Assembly (NCBI GenBank): GCA_025060195.1
Contig: JANXCQ010000003.1
Location: 722 to 64,721 of the forward strand
DNA from: Gemmatales bacterium
Lineage (GTDB): Bacteria; Planctomycetota; Planctomycetia; Gemmatales; HRBIN36
Length of the DNA stretch: 64,000 nt
Direction: 5' to 3'
In this document: positions 17,163-24,867 of the stretch, piece after piece
Numbering within the stretch: the first letter of the stretch is position 1
How the letters are laid out: every line of letters starts with the position of its first letter
Notes under the pieces: model-generated
What the model was told of the DNA's origin: nothing
Seen by the model: the letters and a program-made list of their open reading frames with translations, nothing else
Database searches by the model: none
Position numbers and translations under genes: made by a program

Positions 17163-19448
17163 TCAGTCGAAGGCGATCCGCTCTTTGCCCACCTCCCACC
17201 AGAATCGGACGAAGCGGAAGTTATCTGCCGTGGTTAACCCCGGCCGCACTGCGGCCACGTCGCCGAGTTTGGGTAAGGTCTGGAACAGGCGCCGCAGGCC
17301 GGGCGTGATCCAATACACCCAAGGACTGCCGGGAATGGCGTCGAAGTCGGCTTGACGATAACGGAACACGGCGGGGTCTAGGGCGCTGGCCTCGCTCGTG
17401 GGCGGAGCGCTGGCGCCGCTCGTAGCGGCTTGGAACGCCTGACGTAACGCGGCGAGGGCCCGTTCCAGGCGCTGGCGTTTGCTTGGCGCATCGGGTTCCT
17501 TGACCAGTCGAAAATACGTCGCGACCGCCTCGGCCCGCCGCCGCTCATCGCTCTCCTTCCGCAGCACGAGCAACGCCGTATTCACCTTCGCGCCCGCGAT
17601 TTCCTCAAACGCTTCCGTTCCGAGATGGGCTAAGGTTTCGATCACGTGTTCTTGCAGCAATTGCTGCCGCAGCCGTTCGTAACTGGAAATGAACATGAAC
17701 GATTGTTGCGTCACCATGCCGAGCCGACCGCCATCTGAGAGTAGTTGCGAACCGCGGAGCAGAAAAGCCGCATAAATGTCCGTCTTTCCCTCGGGGTAAT
17801 GTTTGGCTAAGAGGTCTTTGATCACGGGGTCGAGATTCCACGCTGTGCTATAGGGCGGATTGGTAACGACCACGTCGTAGGTCTGATCTAACAGTTGGAG
17901 CAAGCGCAGGCCTTGGACGGTCTCGCCGGCAAAGAAAGTCTGGGGGATGCCCCGTGCGTCCTGGTCGCGGGCCAATTGGTCGAGGGCGTGGCGAATCTGG
18001 GCCAGGAGCGTGTCCCAAAAGTGACGCCGCGCCGCTTCCGAGCCGAATTGTTCCCGACTCCAGCCGAATAAATCGGGGTTGCGACCCGCGCGCTCGTAGC
18101 GTTGGCGTTCTTCCTCGACCAGGGCGCGAATCCGCCGCTCCAACGGCAGCAACGAGCCCAAATACTGCGACCGCTGAAGTTCTTCCTGCAACGCGGTGAG
18201 AATCCTTTGGTAGATGGGCCGCTCGCCCAGTCCTGCCTGACGCAGGAACGTGGCTAACCGCTCGCCGTCGAGCATGTGCACGTTGGCGCAGGCTAACCGC
18301 GATTCGCGGAGCGTCCGCCCGGGAGCCAGCGTCTTGGCCTTGAGATAAAGCGCCAAAGCGGCGATCTGCACCGCCCGCAGGTCAATATCAATGCCGTGAA
18401 GATTTTGCTCCAGAATCGCCGCGGGGATGTCCTCGGGATGGTCCACCGGAGGCTGCGCCGGCCAGCCCGGTTGACCCGCCCGCGCCATTTCTTCCTGGTA
18501 CATCTCCACAAACAGGTCGAACGCCACTAACCCGAAATGCATGGTACCGCACGCGGGATCGAGTAATTTGATTTCCCGCACGCTGCGAATCGGCCGTTTC
18601 AATTCCGCAGGGGTGAGCGCCTCGGGAAGCAGATAGTCCAACTTGGAGCGCAAATTGGAATCGGGATGAAGTTGGAGCCATAAGCGACCCAACGTGTTGT
18701 GCACCAGGAAACGCACCATCCACCGCGGCGTGAAAATCTGCGTGGCCGCGGGTAAATCCTCGGCGGAGATTTTGCGTTTGTGCTTGTAAAGTTGCTCAAA
18801 GATGTGGGCCTTCTCCTCTTCGACGAAAAACTGATAGACCCAGCCGAGGGTTTCCTCATTGCCGGGCTGCCAGGCTTCGGCGAGTTGGGGTTGGTTGAGG
18901 GCGTGGGCCACCTCGCGGAGCACGGCCAAGGGGGGTGCGAAGCGGGAAGCCAGATTATCCGGGTCAAACAACACGCGAATCTCCCGAGCGAGCTGACGGC
19001 AGCAGTCGAGGAGGAAACGTAAGTAAGCAGCGTCGCGCGATTCGCCCCCGCGTTGATGCTGGAGCCAGGCGTCGCGATGGTCGGCCAGCCACAGCAGATA
19101 CCCGTTGGAGTGATCCCAGCGGGAAATGGTTTCGCGGAGCCAGCGCCGGGCCTCGAGCATCTTGAACGCGACCAGGCGGTTGAGCCAGGTGAAGGCCGTC
19201 TCCCGCAGAAATTGCCGATACGCCTGCCGCGGGGTCAGGCCGCAACGCTGCAGGTCGTCGAAATGCTTGAGCAAGGCAGCGCGTAAGGAGCGACCTTCGT
19301 CGTCGAGATGCCGCAGCGGGGCGTTGGGATCGGCCACCAGTTGGCCCGACTTTTCGTAGAGGTCGTACTGGCCTTCCAGAAGCTCCGCGACGGCGCGTTC
19401 CAACCGGGCGCGGGCGTCGAGTGCCAGTCGGCGAAGCAGTTGCCGCAC
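17163..19448 (-). CDS. PglX-like N6-adenine methyltransferase (paralogue 1), N-terminal and catalytic fragment, ending at an in-frame TGA (17163-17165)
   Basis: The fragment carries WVYQFFVEEE, IFTPRWMVRFLVHNTLGRLW, the SAM motif KLLDPACGTMHFGLVAF and catalytic DVVVTNPPYS, and ends ...ADNFRFVRFWWEVGKERIAFD*. The start is uncertain. I propose the GTG at 19448, the first start codon after the brxB stop at 19466, aligned with the paralogue 2 N-terminus. The ORF-track extension to 19928 overlaps brxB and is not credible. Confidence 0.82.
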   Translation of the reverse strand: MRQLLRRLALDARARLERAVAELLEGQYDLYEKSGQLVADPNAPLRHLDDEGRSLRAALLKHFDDLQRCGLTPRQAYRQFLRETAFTWLNRLVAFKMLEARRWLRETISRWDHSNGYLLWLADHRDAWLQHQRGGESRDAAYLRFLLDCCRQLAREIRVLFDPDNLASRFAPPLAVLREVAHALNQPQLAEAWQPGNEETLGWVYQFFVEEEKAHIFEQLYKHKRKISAEDLPAATQIFTPRWMVRFLVHNTLGRLWLQLHPDSNLRSKLDYLLPEALTPAELKRPIRSVREIKLLDPACGTMHFGLVAFDLFVEMYQEEMARAGQPGWPAQPPVDHPEDIPAAILEQNLHGIDIDLRAVQIAALALYLKAKTLAPGRTLRESRLACANVHMLDGERLATFLRQAGLGERPIYQRILTALQEELQRSQYLGSLLPLERRIRALVEEERQRYERAGRNPDLFGWSREQFGSEAARRHFWDTLLAQIRHALDQLARDQDARGIPQTFFAGETVQGLRLLQLLDQTYDVVVTNPPYSTAWNLDPVIKDLLAKHYPEGKTDIYAAFLLRGSQLLSDGGRLGMVTQQSFMFISSYERLRQQLLQEHVIETLAHLGTEAFEEIAGAKVNTALLVLRKESDERRRAEAVATYFRLVKEPDAPSKRQRLERALAALRQAFQAATSGASAPPTSEASALDPAVFRYRQADFDAIPGSPWVYWITPGLRRLFQTLPKLGDVAAVRPGLTTADNFRFVRFWWEVGKERIAFD

Positions 19449-19465
19449 TTGCGCGTCCCTGAGCG

Positions 19466-20053
19466 TTACCCGTAGATTTTCACGCGATAATTGCCCCAGG
19501 CCAGGCGGTCTTTCAGGTTCATGAGGCGCAGTCCAAAAGTGCCTTCGCGGGAACCGGGGTAGAACAAGACGGTGGGCACCTGCGTGCGGCCGTGGAGTTC
19601 GTCGAGCAACTTCGACACGGGATACAGCCCGGGCGCCAACGCCGCGACGCGGGTCAGAAACACAATGTCGCGGGCAGGATGCAGACCACTGTAGTGGCTG
19701 AGCACTAAGTCGGCCAACGGACACCAATCGCGATCCGAGAGATAACAGGTCACCTGCTCCTGGGCTGGGAGAAAGCCCCATTGGCGTTCCAATTGCACCA
19801 GGGCATCGAGTCCCTCGGACTGGGCGATGGCCTGCCAGAGCAAATCGGACATCCGCACCACGTGCACGGTTTTCTGCGCCGCTTCCAGGCGCGTCTGGAG
19901 CAACCGGAGTTCGCGCCGCAGCTGCCATTCCTCGCTCGGATCGTAGCGCAGAATGGCAAAGGGGAGATCGTGACAGACAGCAATCCGCGGAGGCACCGCT
20001 TTCAGGTCATCTTCCAGGAGCTTGAGCCGCTCGCTCAACGAGGACATGGGCAT
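19466..20053 (-). CDS. brxB: BREX protein BrxB (DUF1788 family)
   Basis: The intact 195-aa ORF has ...PFAILRYDPSEEWQLRRELRLL...VLFYPGSREGTFGLRLMNL...GNYRVKIYG, the typical size and C-terminal YPG...NYR signature of DUF1788. It is the second gene of the operon. Confidence 0.8.
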   Translation of the reverse strand: MPMSSLSERLKLLEDDLKAVPPRIAVCHDLPFAILRYDPSEEWQLRRELRLLQTRLEAAQKTVHVVRMSDLLWQAIAQSEGLDALVQLERQWGFLPAQEQVTCYLSDRDWCPLADLVLSHYSGLHPARDIVFLTRVAALAPGLYPVSKLLDELHGRTQVPTVLFYPGSREGTFGLRLMNLKDRLAWGNYRVKIYG

Positions 20054-20843
20054 ATTCCTCCAGGCTCGTCGCGGGGAACGTCAGACGCACGACACTGCCC
20101 GCGGCGTAATATTCGAGATAGCCTTCCTGATGGGCGGCAAAGAAGGCCCGTTCCACCGCATCGGGCGTCAGGAAAAACAGTTGCCAATCGGGCCGCCGTA
20201 CCAGCTGCGCCACAGCGCGATGCCGCTGGTGCAGGTAATAGGCGATGTAGGCAAAAGCCGCCAAAGGTAAATACGCCGGTTGCAGCCGTTTCTTGTTCAC
20301 CCCCTGCAGTATGCCGAAATCGCGGAGCGCCGCTAACAGTCCTTGGGCGACGCGGCGCAACGTGTATTCCGACCAGGGCCGCACCATTCGCCCCTGAGCG
20401 ACCCAGGCACGCAGCGGGCCAAGCAAATCACCCACGCTCACCTCGACCAGGCCGCATTGCGCCTGCGGTAACAGCACATGACGCACCACGTCGGCGACTA
20501 AGGGGTCGGCCTGAGCGGTGTGGAAAAACAAAATGCGGTCGAGCGCCGTCGCGGGGAGCCTCCCTTGCACCAGGATCACCAGAGCCGGCAAGACCGACGG
20601 TTCGACCAAATAGCGTTGGCGAAACACGCTCAGGATGTGCCGCAGCCGTGCCCGCGACGATTTGCCCAGCCAGTTTTGCCGCAGCACGCATTCCAGATTG
20701 GCTTGCGGACTTCGCGTCTTGTCCCAGTGCAACAGGATCGCTTTGGTCTCGGCGAGCAAGGAGCCGGCCTTGATGATTTTGCACGAATACGGCCTTTGGG
20801 CATCCTCGTGGGCGCGACGGCGCCGAGAGACTCGTGGCGGCAT
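20007..20843 (-). CDS. brxA: BREX protein BrxA (DUF1819 family)
   Basis: I chose the ATG at 20843 (MPPRVSRRRRAHEDAQRPYSCKIIKAGSLLAETKAILLHWD...), with GGAGG about 15 nt upstream. The DUF1819-like pattern includes ...PWSEYTLRRVAQGLLAALRDFGIL.... The gene overlaps brxB by 47 nt. The longer ORF-track version (to 21125) is an upstream extension. Confidence 0.72.
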   Translation of the reverse strand: MPPRVSRRRRAHEDAQRPYSCKIIKAGSLLAETKAILLHWDKTRSPQANLECVLRQNWLGKSSRARLRHILSVFRQRYLVEPSVLPALVILVQGRLPATALDRILFFHTAQADPLVADVVRHVLLPQAQCGLVEVSVGDLLGPLRAWVAQGRMVRPWSEYTLRRVAQGLLAALRDFGILQGVNKKRLQPAYLPLAAFAYIAYYLHQRHRAVAQLVRRPDWQLFFLTPDAVERAFFAAHQEGYLEYYAAGSVVRLTFPATSLEEYAHVLVERAAQAPGR

Positions 20844-21087
20844 GGTCGCTTCGACTTTGTACCTCCAAGGAAACCGCGCAGGCGAGTCGGGGCAAGCCAG
20901 TTCGCCATACCTGCGGGGATAGGACGTTCTACGGAGAAAACGCGGTGCGGAGCAGAGCCTGCTGTCGCGATGTTCCCGACTAGCGCGACGCGGCGGAAAC
21001 ATTATTATCGACGTCCATACTGCAGGCCTGTCCCACGCCGCGGCTTGCGCGTTCCGCCCAAGCAGCCAGCGAAGTGTTTCCGATCCG

Positions 21088-22410
21088 GTGGAGCATACAA
21101 TGGAGCGGAAGTCGGAGTGCGCCATGAGCGAACGAGTGGCCGTTGCCCTGGATTATGGACAAACGCAGGCACGGTTCTGGGTGTCGGAAGAGTGCCTGAC
21201 GCGCCCGATGCCACCGTGGCCGCAAGCGAACGAACTCAGCGACGTCCGCGCCGCAGTGCGGCAAGCGCTGGAGTCGCCCATCGATTTTCCGCCCCTGCGG
21301 CAAGCGCTGACGCCCGACGACGCGCTGGCCATCGTCGTCCACGAGCAATACCGTAGCCTGCCCGATTTGCTGGTGCCCTTGCTGGAACACGTCGAGCAAG
21401 CGGGGGTCTCGTTGGAGCGCGTAACGTTGCTCTGTCCGCCCCGTCTGCCGGAGGTGGCACCACCGCCGTGGCGCGAGGAATTGCCCGAGAAATGCGCGGC
21501 AATTCGTGTCGAGGAACATGAGCCGACTAACCGCGCCCGACTTTGTTACTTAGCCGGCACACGGGCAGGGCGCCGGTTGTACCTGAATCGCACTCTGGTG
21601 GAAGCGGATCAGGTGATCGTGGTCGGCCCCGCTTGTTACGATCCGGTGATGGGCTACGGAGGTGGCCGCGCCGCTTTGTTCCCCGCGTTAGCCGACGAAA
21701 CAGTGCGTCGGGAGTTTGCCCGCGGATTAGTCGAGGGACCTCCCACGATTCGGGGTAATCGTCGCCTGGAGGAATCGGGCGAAGTAAGTTGGCTGCTGGG
21801 CGTACCGTTCTGGCTGGCAGCCATCCCAGGTCGCGGCGACCGAGTTCACGCCGTCTTGGCGGGTCCCGAGGGTAGTATCGCTCCCCGCGTTTGGCAAATG
21901 CTGGAATCAGTCCAACAATATCGCTTCGCTTACCGGGCCGAAGTCGTCGTCACCGCGCTCAGTGGCGAACCGCGTTGGCTCAGTTTCGACGATTTGACCC
22001 GCGCGTTGGCCGCGGCCGCACGAGTGGTGCAACCAGGCGGCAAAATCATCGCGCTGGCTCCCATCAACGCGGCCACGCTCGGCCCCGCGGCCAGGCAATT
22101 GGGTCAATTCGACGACTTAGTCACGTTGCTAGCCCAGGCACGCCGCGACTATCTGGCCGATTGGCAAAGCATCTGGCACCTGGCTGTGGCTCAACGCCGC
22201 GCCAGTCTGTTTGTCTATGGTTCGTTGCCCGAAGAACTGGTGCTACAGATGCATGCCACGCCCATCCGTTCTCTCGAGGAAATCCAACGCATTCTCGACC
22301 ACTGTGAGTCGTGCATTTTTCTGCCGGACGGTCACCGTTCTAACCCGATCATCATGGGTACTAGGTCTGCTTACAGCCAGGCCGACCCTGACCGGACGAC
22401 AACCTCCTGA
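21088..22410 (+). CDS. LarA-like (lactate racemase N-terminal domain, DUF2088) protein
   Basis: The 440-aa ORF has ...DDALAIVVHEQYRSLPDLLVPLLEHVEQAGVSLERVTLL...GPACYDPVMGYGGG..., the DUF2088/LarA fold pattern. The start is ambiguous, with ATGs at 21088, 21100 and 21124. It is divergent from brxA. Confidence 0.55.
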   Translation: MEHTMERKSECAMSERVAVALDYGQTQARFWVSEECLTRPMPPWPQANELSDVRAAVRQALESPIDFPPLRQALTPDDALAIVVHEQYRSLPDLLVPLLEHVEQAGVSLERVTLLCPPRLPEVAPPPWREELPEKCAAIRVEEHEPTNRARLCYLAGTRAGRRLYLNRTLVEADQVIVVGPACYDPVMGYGGGRAALFPALADETVRREFARGLVEGPPTIRGNRRLEESGEVSWLLGVPFWLAAIPGRGDRVHAVLAGPEGSIAPRVWQMLESVQQYRFAYRAEVVVTALSGEPRWLSFDDLTRALAAAARVVQPGGKIIALAPINAATLGPAARQLGQFDDLVTLLAQARRDYLADWQSIWHLAVAQRRASLFVYGSLPEELVLQMHATPIRSLEEIQRILDHCESCIFLPDGHRSNPIIMGTRSAYSQADPDRTTTS

Positions 22411-22569
22411 GCGACAATGGTTAAATTCGATGCCCGCCCGTTGACTACGTCACGGACTCTTCCCACAATTATTAACAAGACTAACACCGGGTTTTCACTT
22501 AGCATAACCAATAGCAGCGTCGGGCTATGACTTCATAACCCCGACTCATCACCATCAGGGGGAATAACG

Positions 22570-23397
22570 ATGTTGGGGACCTTCACGCGCCTAAGTCGGA
22601 TCGGGCACCTAGGGCTGGTGTGCGTAGTTTGGCTCATGACCACGTCCCTCGTCTCGGCCGCGGAAGGCGAGTCGGGAGCCGATCTGGCCAGCTCCATCAT
22701 TCACTTCCTTTTTACCTCGGTTACGGGATATGTGCTGATCGGTATTTACTTCTTCTTCGTAGGCATGATGGTGTGGTTGCTCATGGACGTGCGCGGCGGC
22801 GCCATGATGCCGCCTGACCTGGTGGAAGCGATCGAAGACGGGATCGCCAAGCGGCAGTTCCGCCAAGCCTTCGAGACGGTCAAGGCAGAAAACTCGTTTT
22901 TCGCCCGGGTGATGACCGCAGGGATGGCCCGCTTGCAGCACGGTCTGGAAGAAGCGCGCGATGCTGTGCACGCCATGCTCGATAACCTCCGCTCGAAGAA
23001 AAAAGGCTTGGTGGGTTATATTGCCATCGTGGGTACGTTAGGTCCCCTCATCGGTCTGGTCGGTACGGTATCGGGAATGATTCAGAGTTTCGCGGAACTC
23101 GGCCGGGGCGGCACACCTGACCCCGCCAAGTTAGCCGACGGTATTTCGCACGCGCTCAACGCCACGCTGGTGGGTATCTTCCTATCATGCTTGGCTATCC
23201 CTGCGTACACATTCTTCAATAACCGTCTAGATCGCATCATCAACGACATAAGCCTGATGGCCGATGACCTGCTGGTGCAGATGTATTTCGCCAGCCGACA
23301 AGCTGGTGCGCCAGCGCGTCCTGGTGCCCCCGCTTCCGCGGATCAACGACCTGCCGAAGCGGCCGCTGTCCAGGCACAGCCGCGAACTCAGAGCTGA
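22570..23397 (+). CDS. MotA/TolQ/ExbB proton-channel family protein
   Basis: The 275-aa ORF has multiple TM segments and the motif IAIVGTLGPLIGLVGTVSGMIQSFAEL, typical of ExbB/TolQ. Confidence 0.8.
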   Translation: MLGTFTRLSRIGHLGLVCVVWLMTTSLVSAAEGESGADLASSIIHFLFTSVTGYVLIGIYFFFVGMMVWLLMDVRGGAMMPPDLVEAIEDGIAKRQFRQAFETVKAENSFFARVMTAGMARLQHGLEEARDAVHAMLDNLRSKKKGLVGYIAIVGTLGPLIGLVGTVSGMIQSFAELGRGGTPDPAKLADGISHALNATLVGIFLSCLAIPAYTFFNNRLDRIINDISLMADDLLVQMYFASRQAGAPARPGAPASADQRPAEAAAVQAQPRTQS

Positions 23398-23458
23398 AGC
23401 CCAGGCCCTTCCTTCAGCGTCGAACGCGGGTTAGCTTGAGTAGTAAGGAGCACGATCG

Positions 23459-24220
23459 ATGGCCGCTGCTGTCGGTTCCGAAGAACGCTTGGAACTGAAC
23501 CTGACCCCGTTGCTCGACGTCGTCCTGCAACTGATTATGTTCTTTATGATGTGCGTGAACTTCGTCATGGATCAGGTCGACCCCAATGTGCAGCTGCCTT
23601 CTTCCGTGTCGGCTCGCGAGTTACAGCCAAAGACCGATATTCAGGTGATCGTGATCAACATGGAAGTAGTCCGCAAAGATGTGATCGGCCCCGATGGTTT
23701 GCCCAAGCGGGACCCGAAAACCGGGCGCGTCGAACGCATGCCCATCACGCCGCGAACGACCAAAGTTTCCATTCTGACCTACCGCCAACGCAGCGAGGGC
23801 CGAATGACGGAAGAAGAGCGCCGCAACCTCGATCCGAAGATCGTCTTCCTGGTAGAGCAAGCCACTGATACCGATCTGCAAAATGTCAGCGAATATCTGC
23901 TAAGCATCGGCTATTTGCCTAAGGATAATCATCAACGACCCGAACCCGACCAGATCAAAGTGTTGCCCGAAGGTAGTGGCATGGTGGTAGCGCAGCGTTT
24001 CTTGGCGAACATCGCTCGGGCCATCGAAGTTACCGACCCGAAAAAAGTTACCAAGCTGGAAGGGGGCCGACGGATCATTGACGTACCCGTGATTTTGCGT
24101 GCCGACCGCGATGCACTCTATGGCACGGTTGTTCACCTGATCGCCCAGTGCAATTTCGAGGGTTTTAAGAAAGTGGATCTGCGAGCCACTATCCAGCAAC
24201 AAAAGCCGGATGGTGGCTAG
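23459..24220 (+). CDS. ExbD/TolR-like biopolymer transport protein, with a long periplasmic insertion
   Basis: The N-terminal LNLTPLLDVVLQLIMFFMM is an ExbD-type TM helix. At 253 aa it is clearly longer than my recollection of typical ExbD (about 130-150 aa). Confidence 0.65.
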   Translation: MAAAVGSEERLELNLTPLLDVVLQLIMFFMMCVNFVMDQVDPNVQLPSSVSARELQPKTDIQVIVINMEVVRKDVIGPDGLPKRDPKTGRVERMPITPRTTKVSILTYRQRSEGRMTEEERRNLDPKIVFLVEQATDTDLQNVSEYLLSIGYLPKDNHQRPEPDQIKVLPEGSGMVVAQRFLANIARAIEVTDPKKVTKLEGGRRIIDVPVILRADRDALYGTVVHLIAQCNFEGFKKVDLRATIQQQKPDGG

Positions 24221-24244
24221 CAGGCTCAGGTAAGGTAAACAATT

Positions 24245-24808
24245 ATGGCCAATCGCCGACGCGCCCTGGGCAGTGAGATGTCCTTTGACAGTACGGCGGT
24301 CTTCATCACGCCGTTCCTGGACATGGCCTTCCAGATCCTCACATTTTTCGTTTTCACTTACAATCCGACGGCTATGGAGGGACAGTTCACCATTGCCTTA
24401 GCGGCGGGAGAAAGTGGTGGCGAGACGAAGCCCGTCGCTAATCCGCAGGTCTCGCCCGTTGAAACGAAAACCAAACCGCACATTATCGTCATTGCTCGCA
24501 CCCGGGCAGAAGGGAAGTTGGACGCCCTGGAAATTATCCACGGCGGCGGCGAGCGCATTATTGTCAAACCTCCAGCCGCGGAAAGTGACGTCGGGGTAGA
24601 GTTTTATCTCGCAGGGCTGAACAATGCCTTGGCTTCGTTGAAAAAGACCTACACGACTGAGGACCGCGTTGTGCTGCGGGCAAGTTTGCGCATGCCTTGG
24701 GGCTTAGCCATGCAGTTAATGGACGCTTGTCGCCGCTACCAACCCGAAGGAAAAACCGAGCCGGAAGACCTTTTCCCCAAAGTCGAGTTGGATTTACTGC
24801 ATCAATAA
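24245..24808 (+). CDS. ExbD/TolR-like protein (second copy)
   Basis: The N-terminal FITPFLDMAFQILTFFVFTY is an ExbD-like TM helix. The 187-aa ORF lies in the same cluster. Confidence 0.55.
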   Translation: MANRRRALGSEMSFDSTAVFITPFLDMAFQILTFFVFTYNPTAMEGQFTIALAAGESGGETKPVANPQVSPVETKTKPHIIVIARTRAEGKLDALEIIHGGGERIIVKPPAAESDVGVEFYLAGLNNALASLKKTYTTEDRVVLRASLRMPWGLAMQLMDACRRYQPEGKTEPEDLFPKVELDLLHQ

Positions 24809-24867
24809 ACGCCCCCACCTACAGGCGCGCAGGGAGTCATTTGGCGCGGGAAATAAGGACGAACCAG

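Larger units (their letters stand above)
3398..20843 (-). other. BREX type-1-like defence operon with seven genes: brxA-brxB-pglX'-brxC-pglX-pglZ-brxL
   Basis: All six type-1 hallmark families are present in canonical order, plus an extra PglX paralogue. Gene junctions are -47, about +17, -4 (ATGA), +3, +37 and +9 nt, consistent with a single transcription unit. Confidence 0.85.

Noticed and set aside
17163-17165. The in-frame TGA in the extra PglX paralogue (and the TGA at 62542-62544) could be selenocysteine codons, given selB-selA in the same window.
   Set aside because: There is no Cys or redox context around either TGA, and I could draw no convincing SECIS-like hairpin within about 40 nt downstream. 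PglX is not a known selenoprotein family. The same operon also carries in-frame TAG (twice) and TAA, which Sec decoding cannot explain.
19781-20773. Long plus-strand ORFs lie antisense to BREX genes: 19781-20773 (330 aa), 6116-6973, 13942-14715, 14944-15714 and 15714-16502.
   Set aside because: Their compositions are Arg/Gly/Pro/Ala-rich and low-complexity. They lie fully inside well-supported minus-strand genes. These are typical shadow ORFs of GC-rich DNA.
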